Positions 9,990 to 19,189 of a DNA stretch of 64,000 bases are shown piece after piece. Every line of letters starts with the position of its first letter. The stretch's first letter is position 1. The notes beneath the pieces were generated by a model, which worked only from the letters and a program-made list of their open reading frames with translations, was not told the DNA's origin and ran no database searches. The stretch is from the NCBI GenBank assembly GCA_965233585.1, contig CBDDTI010000746.1:576001-640000 (forward strand). The letters are read 5' to 3'. This DNA is from a bacterium (lineage in GTDB: Bacteria; SAR324; NAC60-12). A program made the translations under genes and the position numbers.

Positions 9990-10161
9990 ATAAAAACTTC
10001 ATAAAACGAGGCAAGAAGTCAAACCATCGTCCTTTATGAATAAAAAAAATTGTTCAAAATAATAATAAAAACTAAAGATTATGCTTGACTTACAAAATGA
10101 AAACCTTTAGAAATACTTTTTTCTTTTTTTTAGATATTAACATTTTGTGTGAGGAAAATTT

Positions 10162-10515
10162 ATGGAAGACATCAAACAGCAATTATTGCAAGAACGGAAC
10201 AAATTAGTTGGCACAATAGGTAATTTTGTCAATGACACAGGTCGCGAAGTGGGTGATGAAGTGGATTCTTCGGTAGAAGAGCAAGTCAAAGCGCTAAATA
10301 TGTTACTCAAGGGACACGAAAAGGCAAGGTTGAAGAAGATAGAAGAAGCCTTGTTGCGTATTGAAAAAGGAGTCTATGGACTGTGCCTTGAATGTGATGA
10401 AGTGATTTCAAAACAACGATTAGAAGCCTTGCCTTTTGCACAAACCTGTGTTGTTTGTCAGCAAGAGCTTGAACGATCCAAAAACTCTGCTTTCCAAACC
10501 CATCGTCACGGCTGA
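10162..10515 (+). CDS. DksA/TraR C4-type zinc-finger protein
   Basis: DEVD coiled-coil tip; ALLRIEKGVYGLCLEC...RLEALPFAQTCVVCQ; GAGGA RBS. Confidence 0.88.
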   Translation: MEDIKQQLLQERNKLVGTIGNFVNDTGREVGDEVDSSVEEQVKALNMLLKGHEKARLKKIEEALLRIEKGVYGLCLECDEVISKQRLEALPFAQTCVVCQQELERSKNSAFQTHRHG

Positions 10516-10571
10516 TTGATTTTTAGGATTGACTTGGCTCATTCCCTCTTTTTTCAAAATATGCCAGAGGT

Positions 10572-11351
10572 ATGGCAAACCTTCTCAATTATGATTCTAG
10601 CCAACTCCTTGGATTCGTTTTAGTTTTAATCCGAGTCTGGGGCGTCTTGGCAGCCTCCCCTGTTCTTGGTGATGCGGCAGTTCCTCAACGCATCAAGGTC
10701 ACAACTGCTTTTGTATTAGCATTGGTTTTTCACCCAATCTTGCCTGATTATGCTGTCTCTTACCGAAGCATAGGTGCGTATCTTGTGCTAGTGGCTCAAG
10801 AGTTATTGATTGGCTTAGCGCTTGGTATGATTGGGCAAGTTCTTTTTGCGGCAGTCCGAGTGGCAGGAGAAATTGCAGGTTTTCAAATGGGGTTAAGTAT
10901 GGCAGGGGTTTTTGACCCACAGACACAGCAACAAAACTCCATCATCTCAGAGATGCAATATGTGTTTGCCATTTTGGCATTTTTGTTGGCTGATGGGCAT
11001 CATGTGTTTATTCAAGCCATTGTAGAAAGCTATCGTCTGTTGCCTCTGGGGGCTGCAAATTTATCTGCTCCTGTCACACAAGCGATGATTAACCTCACTG
11101 CTGGCATTTTTACATTGGGATTCCAACTTGGCGCACCTCTCATCATCTCTTTGTTAATCATCAACATCATTCTTGGATTCATCGCACGTGCTGTTCCCCA
11201 AATGAATGTGTTTGTCGTCGGTTCTCCTTTGACCATTTTGTTAGGGTTTGCTTTGATGGCAGCATCTTTGCCTTTTTTTATCATTGCACTGGGAACGTTA
11301 TTTGAGATGCTAGATGACCAAGTCATCACGATTTTAAACCTCCTGAAGTAG
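10572..11351 (+). CDS. fliR: Flagellar export protein FliR
   Basis: Polytopic membrane protein with AGEIAGFQMGLSMAGVFDP, DGHH and ARAVPQMNVF motifs. Confidence 0.92.
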   Translation: MANLLNYDSSQLLGFVLVLIRVWGVLAASPVLGDAAVPQRIKVTTAFVLALVFHPILPDYAVSYRSIGAYLVLVAQELLIGLALGMIGQVLFAAVRVAGEIAGFQMGLSMAGVFDPQTQQQNSIISEMQYVFAILAFLLADGHHVFIQAIVESYRLLPLGAANLSAPVTQAMINLTAGIFTLGFQLGAPLIISLLIINIILGFIARAVPQMNVFVVGSPLTILLGFALMAASLPFFIIALGTLFEMLDDQVITILNLLK

Positions 11352-11363
11352 CTTTTTCAGAAC

Positions 11364-12074
11364 ATGGACCAACCTCAAGAATCTTTTCGCTCCAAAAGTC
11401 TAATCAAAATTGCAGACAAGCAAATTTTTGCTCTGGAAGACAAACACTTGAGCTTTCTTAAATCCTTTCGCCAAGAACTTTTGCAACAATTAGGAACTTT
11501 TGAAAAAGTCGCACCCCTTGCCTTTTGTAAAAGTTATCAAAAACGTTACCCCCGATGGGAAAAAATTCGGAAGGTAGAGCAACAGATTCTTACCATCAAA
11601 GACAGACGCACCCAACGCAAATTTTGGCATAAAAGAAGCCTTATCAAAAATCAGCTCCAAACCAAAAGGCACGATGATGTCAACAGCTTTTATCATTCTC
11701 TCATCAATTCCGCACGTCGCTATAACACAAGACTTGATTTATTTGACTACACGTTAGACAGACAACAGAAAAAACTTGACCCTCCTTACACCGTGGGAGA
11801 GTTGGAAAAAATAGAAACCACCATCCAAAGAATCTTCAATGCCATCAACAGCGCCATCAAATTGCTGGAAATTGCAGAACACCACCAAGAACTAGACCTT
11901 GCTGATTTGGTCAGGAATCAATTCCATGCCTCCGATTGGTCAGCAGAATACATCTCAGATGCAGTAGAGTTGGACAGTAGCGGACAGTTCATTCAAGATT
12001 TGCTAGTGATTGAGAATGACCTGCGAACAGAATTAATGGACATCTCAAAAAATTACTCCCAAGATGATGAATGA
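11364..12074 (+). CDS. Hypothetical helical protein
   Basis: 236-aa ORF directly downstream of fliR; no recognisable motif. Confidence 0.65.
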   Translation: MDQPQESFRSKSLIKIADKQIFALEDKHLSFLKSFRQELLQQLGTFEKVAPLAFCKSYQKRYPRWEKIRKVEQQILTIKDRRTQRKFWHKRSLIKNQLQTKRHDDVNSFYHSLINSARRYNTRLDLFDYTLDRQQKKLDPPYTVGELEKIETTIQRIFNAINSAIKLLEIAEHHQELDLADLVRNQFHASDWSAEYISDAVELDSSGQFIQDLLVIENDLRTELMDISKNYSQDDE

Positions 12075-12206
12075 AGCGATAATCAAATAAAATGGTTTTT
12101 TAGCTTTTTTTGAAGGTTGAGAATTGAAGGTTAAAGAAGGATTTTAGCCCAGACATGCCATGACAAAGCAAAGCTGGCAAATTATTCGTGGCTTTCAATC
12201 CAAATG

Positions 12207-14042
12207 CTACTCCCAGCCAAAAGTGGCAGGAGGTTTGTGCGTAATGTCATAAAAGACGGCTTCAATTTGGGGAAGTTTTAAGAGTTTGGGGACAAGTTCG
12301 TCAAGCAGGCTTTGGGGGATTTTGGCAAACCTTGCAGTCATCACATCTTGGGAGCAAACAGGTCGCAAGACAAGGCTTTCTTTGATTCCATCAGATGACA
12401 AAGGGAGCAAAATCACCAAAATTTGAAACACTTTTTGCATCAAATCGTAGTCTTGAAAGGCTTGGGTCGTCAATGCCTCTGCCTTTCTTAACAAATCCAG
12501 TCGTTCTTTGGTGCAGTAGGCTTTTTTAAGTTGCATCACTGGCAAGACAGAAGGAGCAAGCAAGAAGACAACCCGATTAACAAATGCAAAGCGATTGGTC
12601 AGTGCGATAGAGTGTTCCTCCAAGTCGTCCCAAGGAATGTCTAAATCGCTGGTTGTGTTTAGGTCTTTGGACAAGACAGCAGGGCATTCATACGTCCGAC
12701 GGTCTCCTTGCACACCAACGGAACGCACAGGTAGCATTGAAATTTGATACTCATCAGGCTTGGCAGTTTGAAGCTGTTCTTGGCGTTTTTCAACGTGGTC
12801 GGGTCTGCCCTGCGTTTGAGAACAAAGAACATTGATGGCAAGCCCTGGACCTGGAAAGGGGTGTCTCCAAACGATAGAGTCAGGAAGTCCCAAAACACTA
12901 CCCACTTGACGCACTTCATCTTTATACAAAAATTGAAGAGGCTCTACCACATGACCCAATGCAATCAAATCTTCCACTGCTTGAACGCGATTGTGATGTG
13001 ATTTGATGGTGTGAGAATGCTCTACTCCGCCCGATTCAATCACATCGGGATACAACGTCCCTTGTCCCAAAAGCCATTCATCAGGATTTAACTCCAATTT
13101 TTTCAAAAACTCTTCTCTCGTTTTCAAAAAGGTCTCTCCAATGGCATGACGTTTCTGCTGCGGGTCGCTGATGCCTTGAACAGCGCCTAAAAAACGTTGC
13201 TCATCATCTTGGAACAAGACTGAATGAACCCCCAACTTTTTGTAACTTTCCAAGACTTGTTGGGCTTCGTTCAACCTTAAAAAACCATTGTCAATAAACA
13301 ATCCCATCACTCTATCATCACCCAATGCTTTGTGAATCAAGGCATAAGCGACAGATGAATCAACACCCCCGCTTAAAAACATGAGAACCTTCTTGCCTTG
13401 TGCCTGCTGGCGAATCTGTTCTATGGCATTTTCAACAAATTGTGCCATAGACCATGAAGGGGAGGCATTGCAGAGTTTTGCAAAATTCTCTAGCATGAGG
13501 TGTCCTTGTGGGGTGTCAGAGACTTCAGGGTGAAACTGCATGGTGTAAATGGGTTTGTGTTGATGAGCCAATGCGGCATAAGAACAGTCGTCAGTTTGTG
13601 CCACTACTTTAAAATCTTTTGGAGGCTGACTCACAGAGTCTTGATGCGATGCCCAAACTTCAAGAGACTGATTGATTTGGAAACCTTCAAACAATGGAGA
13701 ATCTGCAATGATGTCCAGCGTGGTCTTGCCATACTCACCTGAAGTCTTTGCAGAAACTTGACCTTGAAAGTATTTTGAAATGAGTTGATGCCCATAACAA
13801 AGCCCTAAAATAGGAACGTCCAGCGACAACAAGTCTTGGTTAAACGGGGGGACGTCATCGCTTAAAACAGAGGCAGGACCTCCAGAAAGAACTAGACCAC
13901 AGGCTGATGCAAGCTCTTCAACAGCACTTTGCGGTGAGAAAATTTCAGCATAATATCCTAGCGAACGTAGCTTTTTTGCAATTAAATGGGCATATTGACT
14001 GCCAAAGTTTAAAACTGCAATGTGTGAAGAAGCATTCATCAT
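12207..14042 (-). CDS. guaA: GMP synthase (glutamine-hydrolysing), long form
   Basis: FGSQY, GLCYGHQ, QFHPEV, LSGGVDS, QGTLYPDVIES, IKSHHN, RHPFPGPGL and KPPATFGWE motifs. Confidence 0.96.
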   Translation of the reverse strand: MMNASSHIAVLNFGSQYAHLIAKKLRSLGYYAEIFSPQSAVEELASACGLVLSGGPASVLSDDVPPFNQDLLSLDVPILGLCYGHQLISKYFQGQVSAKTSGEYGKTTLDIIADSPLFEGFQINQSLEVWASHQDSVSQPPKDFKVVAQTDDCSYAALAHQHKPIYTMQFHPEVSDTPQGHLMLENFAKLCNASPSWSMAQFVENAIEQIRQQAQGKKVLMFLSGGVDSSVAYALIHKALGDDRVMGLFIDNGFLRLNEAQQVLESYKKLGVHSVLFQDDEQRFLGAVQGISDPQQKRHAIGETFLKTREEFLKKLELNPDEWLLGQGTLYPDVIESGGVEHSHTIKSHHNRVQAVEDLIALGHVVEPLQFLYKDEVRQVGSVLGLPDSIVWRHPFPGPGLAINVLCSQTQGRPDHVEKRQEQLQTAKPDEYQISMLPVRSVGVQGDRRTYECPAVLSKDLNTTSDLDIPWDDLEEHSIALTNRFAFVNRVVFLLAPSVLPVMQLKKAYCTKERLDLLRKAEALTTQAFQDYDLMQKVFQILVILLPLSSDGIKESLVLRPVCSQDVMTARFAKIPQSLLDELVPKLLKLPQIEAVFYDITHKPPATFGWE

Positions 14043-14100
14043 TTTTTCAAAAAATTACGAAGTTAAAAAAATTAATGTTCAAAAGTTAAAAAAGTGAACC

Positions 14101-15000
14101 ATGATACCCCGATTTACAGAAATAGACCAAAGCCAACTGACCTGTCCTGTTGGCACGATTCGTTTTTTGCCAATTCCCTACGACCTGACGACTTCTTATT
14201 GTCCCGGCGCCAGGTTTGCACCTGATGCGATTTTTGCCGCAAGTCCGCAAATTGAAATGTTTGACCACGAACTCAAGTGGGACGCCACCCAGCATGTCAA
14301 ATTCCTTGTGGAAGACAAACTTGAGCAAAACACTGCCTCTGCAGCTGACATGATGCAAGACGTCTATTTAAAAGCTCAAACACTTCTGAAAACAGGGGAT
14401 TTTCTTTTTGCTTTGGGGGGTGAGCATTCTTTGACTGCCCCTTTAGTTCAAGCCCATTTAGACAAGTATCCCAAGCTCCATGTGGTGCAGATTGATGCCC
14501 ATTGTGATTTAAGGCAGACATGGAATGGATCGCCCCACTCTCACGCTTGTTGTGCAAGACGTATGTATGAATCAGGTGCAACGCTCACCCAAATCGGAAT
14601 CCGTAACATGTCAGAAGAGGAGTTTTTATTTTTACAAACCAAGCCACAAGGCATCTCGGTTTGGGAGTCTCGCCAGATTCAAAGCGTGCAGGGTTGGGAC
14701 AATTTAATGAAGCACTTATCCCAAAATCTTCCAAGTCCTGTCTATTTGACCGTTGACGTGGACGGATTAGACCCTTCAGTCATTCCTGCTACTGGCACAC
14801 CAGAACCCGGTGGCTTGTCATGGCATCAATGCCTGTCTATTTTAGAGACTGTGGTTCAAAACACTCAAGTCATTGGTGCTGATGTCATGGAACTCTCACC
14901 AATCCCTCAGTTAGAATATGCCAACTTTGCTACTGCCAAACTTTGCTACAAAATCGCCTCTCTGGTCTTTCATCAAATTTGGGGAAGTCAGACCATTTAA
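14101..15000 (+). CDS. speB: Agmatinase (ureohydrolase family)
   Basis: GGEHS, DAHCDL and DVDGLDPSVIPATGTPEPGG metal-binding motifs. Confidence 0.9.
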   Translation: MIPRFTEIDQSQLTCPVGTIRFLPIPYDLTTSYCPGARFAPDAIFAASPQIEMFDHELKWDATQHVKFLVEDKLEQNTASAADMMQDVYLKAQTLLKTGDFLFALGGEHSLTAPLVQAHLDKYPKLHVVQIDAHCDLRQTWNGSPHSHACCARRMYESGATLTQIGIRNMSEEEFLFLQTKPQGISVWESRQIQSVQGWDNLMKHLSQNLPSPVYLTVDVDGLDPSVIPATGTPEPGGLSWHQCLSILETVVQNTQVIGADVMELSPIPQLEYANFATAKLCYKIASLVFHQIWGSQTI

Positions 15001-15084
15001 CAAGTTTTCAAAAGTCAGATCGTCCTTTGAAAAACAATTTGCAATCGCCTACTTTTATTTTTTGCAAAAAATTAGAAAAAAGCC

Positions 15085-15113
15085 TTGACATTGTGTTTCA
15101 ATGTGAGTACTTT
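15085..15113 (+). promoter_or_regulatory. Putative sigma70 promoter of the TRAP operon
   Basis: TTGACA-17 nt-TACTTT about 125 nt before dctP. Confidence 0.55.
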
Positions 15114-15237
15114 TTGAAAAATTTCCAATCCGTGTCATCAGCTTTCTTGATGAAGGGGGTGGTTTTGTGTTGAGAAAGAAGATGTTTTTTTCTTATTCTC
15201 TTTATTCTATTGTTAAAATTATTTTGGAGTTCATATT

Positions 15238-16245
15238 ATGAAATTCTTAGCGAAAACTTTGTTGACAGTCGCAGTTGCCAGTCCTTTAGTGGCAACACAG
15301 ATTCATGCTACAGAAGCCTGTGATTCCGGTGAGATGGTGATTAAGTTCAGTCATGTCACCAACACCGATAAACACCCTAAAGGGATTGCCGCAAGTTTGT
15401 TGGAAAAACGAGTGAATGAAGAAATGGACGGCATTGCTTGTATGCAGGTCTTTCCAAATTCTACACTTTATGATGATAACAAAGTGCTAGAAGCCCTTTT
15501 GAGTGGTGATGTGCAACTTGCCGCTCCGTCTCTGTCCAAGTTTGAAAAATTCACTAAAAAATTCCGTGTGTTTGATTTGCCATTTATCTTTGAAGACATT
15601 CAAGCTGTAGATCGCTTTCAAAATTCAGAGGCAGGACAAAAGCTCAAAAATTCTATGCGTAGAAAAGGTCTGGTTGGACTAGCTTTTTGGCATAATGGCA
15701 TGAAACAACTTTCTGCTAATAAACCACTTTTACTTCCATCAGATGCTGACGGATTGAAATTCAGAGTTCAAACTTCTGAAGTGCTGGTGGCACAATTTCA
15801 GCAGCTGGGAGCCATTCCTCAAAAAATGGCATTCAAAGAAGTTTATGGTGCATTGCAAACAGGAGTTGTAGATGGACAGGAAAACACATGGTCTAACATT
15901 TACGGAAAGAAATTTTTTGAAGTGCAAGATGGCGTCACAGAATCCAATCATGGACTCCTCGATTATCTTGTGGTTACCTCAAGAAAATGGTGGGACGGAT
16001 TGCCCCAAAACGCCCGTGATCAACTTGCCCAAATTCTCAAAGAAGTCACAGAAGCTAGAAATCGTGAATCCTTTCAAACCAACCAAGCCAATAAAAAGAA
16101 TGTGATAGAGAGTGGTGGAACGGTCAGACAACTCAGCGATGTTCAAAGAGCCGCATGGGTTGAGGCACTCCGACCTGTTTGGAAAAAGTTTGAAAAAAGC
16201 ATTGGTCAAGATTTAATTAAGGCAGCAGTTGCTTCAAACAAATGA
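15238..16245 (+). CDS. dctP: TRAP transporter solute-binding protein (C4-dicarboxylate type)
   Basis: Signal peptide; IKFSHV, HPKG, FDLPF, GLKFRVQ and LQTGVVDGQEN motifs. Confidence 0.93.
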   Translation: MKFLAKTLLTVAVASPLVATQIHATEACDSGEMVIKFSHVTNTDKHPKGIAASLLEKRVNEEMDGIACMQVFPNSTLYDDNKVLEALLSGDVQLAAPSLSKFEKFTKKFRVFDLPFIFEDIQAVDRFQNSEAGQKLKNSMRRKGLVGLAFWHNGMKQLSANKPLLLPSDADGLKFRVQTSEVLVAQFQQLGAIPQKMAFKEVYGALQTGVVDGQENTWSNIYGKKFFEVQDGVTESNHGLLDYLVVTSRKWWDGLPQNARDQLAQILKEVTEARNRESFQTNQANKKNVIESGGTVRQLSDVQRAAWVEALRPVWKKFEKSIGQDLIKAAVASNK

Positions 16246-16284
16246 AATATGATTTTCTGAAACCACTATGAAACCGTTTTCTTC

Positions 16285-16845
16285 ATGTCTTCTATAAAAA
16301 ATTTTCTGAATCGTCTTGAAGAATTTTTCATAGTCATCACTTTAGCTTGCATGACATTGATCACCGTCGCCAATGTCATTGCACGTTATGTGTTCAACAG
16401 TACGATTCTGTGGGCATTGGAAGGTACTTTATATTTGTTCGCATGGCTAGTCATTATTGGTGTTTCTTATGGAGTGAAGCACCACCTGCATCTAGGCATA
16501 GATTCTATCATCAAGGTTTACTCTCCTGCAGTTCGCAAAGTTCTTGCGTATGTTGCTGTTCTGACTTGTTTGACTTATAGCCTCTCGTTGTTGATAGGCA
16601 GTTGGAATTACTGGTTTCCTTTCATTCGGGAACAAGCATTTTTAGAGACTGAAGACATTCCCATTCCTGATTTTCTTCAATTTCTTTCGGTTTGGCTGAA
16701 TGAAGGGGAGGCTTATGAAAAACTTCCTAGATTCATTCCTTATTTTGCTCTTCCTCTCGGTTTGTTTTTATTGTCAGTGCGTTTTTTGATAGCAGGCATT
16801 CACATCTACCAAAACAAAATAGACCGCTTGATTGCCTCACATTAA
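16285..16845 (+). CDS. dctQ: TRAP transporter small permease
   Basis: Four TM helices; NVIARY...WALE and HLGID motifs; located between dctP and dctM. Confidence 0.9.
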   Translation: MSSIKNFLNRLEEFFIVITLACMTLITVANVIARYVFNSTILWALEGTLYLFAWLVIIGVSYGVKHHLHLGIDSIIKVYSPAVRKVLAYVAVLTCLTYSLSLLIGSWNYWFPFIREQAFLETEDIPIPDFLQFLSVWLNEGEAYEKLPRFIPYFALPLGLFLLSVRFLIAGIHIYQNKIDRLIASH

Positions 16846-16847
16846 CT

Positions 16848-18215
16848 ATGGATATTGTTCTGCTCTTCCTTTCCATCATCACTTTGATGCTCATTGGAGT
16901 TCCTATAGCTATTGCTTTAGGAGTTTCAAGCACAGTATTTTTGGTGTTTTATTCTGGAGGTTCGCTTTTATCCATTGCACAAACTTTATTTTCTGCCTTT
17001 CAAGGGCATTACACTTTGCTGGCTATTCCTTTTTTCATTTTGGCTTCATCCTTCATGTCCACAGGTGGTATTGCTAAACGGGTGATCCATTTCACTAACG
17101 CATCGGTTGGACATTTCTCTGGAGGATTAGCGATTGCATCAGTTTTTGCATGTATGATTTTTGCGGCACTGTCAGGTTCTTCTCCTGCCACTGTGATTTC
17201 AGTAGGTTCTATCACGATTGCTGGAATGGTGAAGTATGGTTATAAAAAAGAGTTTGCTGCTGGCGTGATCTGTAATGCAGGGACTATGGGAATTTTGACG
17301 CCTCCTTCTATTGTGATGGTGGTTTATGCAGCTGCAACAGATGTTTCAGTAGGAAGAATGTTTTTAGCAGGGGTGATTCCCGGTATGATTGAAGGCATGT
17401 TCTTAGTCATAGGTATTCTGGCTTATGCCAAAATCAAAGGCTTACCTAAAGGTCCTAGGGCTTCATGGAAAGAACGATGGCTTGCCTTCCGTGAATCAAG
17501 CTGGGGGCTAATGCTGATTGTTGTCATTATGGGAGGAATTTATGGAGGAGCCTTCACACCAACAGAAGCCGCAGCAGTGGCCGCCGTTTATGCTTTCATT
17601 GTGGCAAATTTCATCTACCGAGATTCAGGACCCTTCAGTTCAGAACATCAAAATTCAAATACGAATCTCTTCATCAAAACCCTCTCCGTCTTTTGGCATC
17701 AAGACAACAGAAAAACCTTATTGGAAGCAGGGAAGTTGAGTATCATGTTGATGTTTATCATTGCCAATGCTCTGATTTTAAAACATGTTCTTACTGAAGA
17801 ACGTATTCCTCAAATCATTACGGAGTCCATGCTTGCTTTGGGAATGGGACCGATTATGTTCTTAATCTTGATCAATCTTCTCCTTTTGATTGGTGGACAG
17901 TTTATGGAGCCTTCAGGTTTGATCATTATTGTTGCTCCGATTGTCTTACCTATTGCCCTAGAACTTGGTATTGATCCCATTCATCTTGGAGTGATTATGG
18001 TGGTCAATATGGAAATTGGTCTCACCACTCCACCCGTTGGATTGAACCTATTTGTAACTTCAGGAGTTGCAAAAATGTCTGTGGCTGAAGTCATTCGTGC
18101 AGCTTCTCCATGGATTCTGCTCATGTTTGTCTTTTTGGCTTTGGTCACTTACCTACCTCTCTTATCCACTTGGCTACCTACTTTTTTTATGGGAGCAGAG
18201 ATCATCACACGATAA
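16848..18215 (+). CDS. dctM: TRAP transporter large permease
   Basis: LLAIPFFILA, FAALSGSSPA, FTPTEAA, GIDPIHLG and TPPVGLNLFV motifs. Confidence 0.94.
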   Translation: MDIVLLFLSIITLMLIGVPIAIALGVSSTVFLVFYSGGSLLSIAQTLFSAFQGHYTLLAIPFFILASSFMSTGGIAKRVIHFTNASVGHFSGGLAIASVFACMIFAALSGSSPATVISVGSITIAGMVKYGYKKEFAAGVICNAGTMGILTPPSIVMVVYAAATDVSVGRMFLAGVIPGMIEGMFLVIGILAYAKIKGLPKGPRASWKERWLAFRESSWGLMLIVVIMGGIYGGAFTPTEAAAVAAVYAFIVANFIYRDSGPFSSEHQNSNTNLFIKTLSVFWHQDNRKTLLEAGKLSIMLMFIIANALILKHVLTEERIPQIITESMLALGMGPIMFLILINLLLLIGGQFMEPSGLIIIVAPIVLPIALELGIDPIHLGVIMVVNMEIGLTTPPVGLNLFVTSGVAKMSVAEVIRAASPWILLMFVFLALVTYLPLLSTWLPTFFMGAEIITR

Positions 18216-18217
18216 AC

Positions 18218-18358
18218 ATGACAAGACCCTTGGAAAACATTCTAGTCATCGCATTAGAACAAGCCGTGGCTGCACCTTGGTGTACCGCTCGTTTGTGTGA
18301 TGCAGCTGCAAGAGTTATCAAGATTTTTCAAGAAGTAAAGGACGTTTTGATGACTTGA
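18218..18358 (+). pseudogene. N-terminal remnant of a family III CoA-transferase (CaiB/BaiF)
   Basis: MTRPLENILVIALEQAVAAPWCTARLCDAAARVIKI matches the family N-terminus, but the ORF stops after 46 aa. Confidence 0.75.
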
Positions 18359-18628
18359 TTGAAGTCAATGACCATTTGTACATGAATCTCCCAAATTCAG
18401 TGAATGAACTGATTCAAATTGTAGGAGAAATTTTACAAAAATTTGACAATTATGAATTGAGTGACGTGCGGGTGTTGTCAAAATAATGATGATTATATGT
18501 TAAGGAATGTCTTTAAATTGATAGAAATCCAGCTTGTCAGTCATTGAGATTGCTGGGTAAATACTACGATGACCGCAAAATCAAGTATCAGGTGTCCAAG
18601 TCTGCAAAATCCCTCCTGTTACTTGAGT

Positions 18629-18686
18629 GCTTGACACAGAATCTCAAAAACAAATAGTGAGATTGCGGGTCAAGGTGAGCAATGAC
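18629..18686. repeat. Inverted pair of REP-like palindromes (first copy truncated)
   Basis: GCTTGACACAGAATCTCAAAAACAAA...GAGATTGCGGGTCAAG...GCAATGAC, closely matching 5318-5372. Confidence 0.85.
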
Positions 18687-18806
18687 GAAAGGGTTTTGCT
18701 TGAGTTCCTTTCTTCTTTTAGACTCTCTCTTGCTCTCAAAGTCTTGACAGATTCTATCCCCCTACTCAATAATGGAAATTTTGACAACCTTTTCAAAAAT
18801 GTGCCT

Positions 18807-18995
18807 ATGAAAAACTTTTTACTTCTCCAAATTGGAATGGCTGGAGGTGCCATTGCTTCTGCTGTCAATTATATTGGAAGCGAAAAAACAAAGTATCTTT
18901 TTGAAAGTTGGGTTATTTTCAGTGGTGGTCTCATTCTGTATTCAAGTTGTGCCACAGCATATCTTATCATTGTTATTTTTGAGGACAAAAAATGA
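18807..18995 (+). CDS. Small two-TM hypothetical protein (62 aa)
   Basis: MKNFLLLQIGMAGGAIASAV...YLIIVIFEDKK. The longer track ORF from 18627 runs through the REP and its start is probably spurious. Confidence 0.5.
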   Translation: MKNFLLLQIGMAGGAIASAVNYIGSEKTKYLFESWVIFSGGLILYSSCATAYLIIVIFEDKK

Positions 18996-19084
18996 TTATT
19001 ACCTTAACAACTATCTTGTTGACTCTGATTGGTTTAGTTGCCTCATACATTGCTGTTAAACAAGTTTTAGATCGTAGAAAATAA
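18992..19084 (+). CDS. 30-aa single-TM peptide MIITLTTILLTLIGLVASYIAVKQVLDRRK (not in ORF track)
   Basis: GAGGA RBS at 18981-18985; ATGA overlap with the preceding stop; hydrophobic helix plus charged tail. Confidence 0.55.
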   Translation: MIITLTTILLTLIGLVASYIAVKQVLDRRK

Positions 19085-19189
19085 AAATAAATTTTTAAAC
19101 ACTGACCAAGATATGCAGATTGCAGGCGTGTTACCAGTCCAATAGACTTATTTAATTTATGCTTTTATAGATGATGAGGACATAGAAAC

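Noticed and set aside
18627..18806. N-terminal half of the 122-aa track ORF
   Set aside because: It translates a REP pair and low-complexity DNA; the plausible start is 18807.
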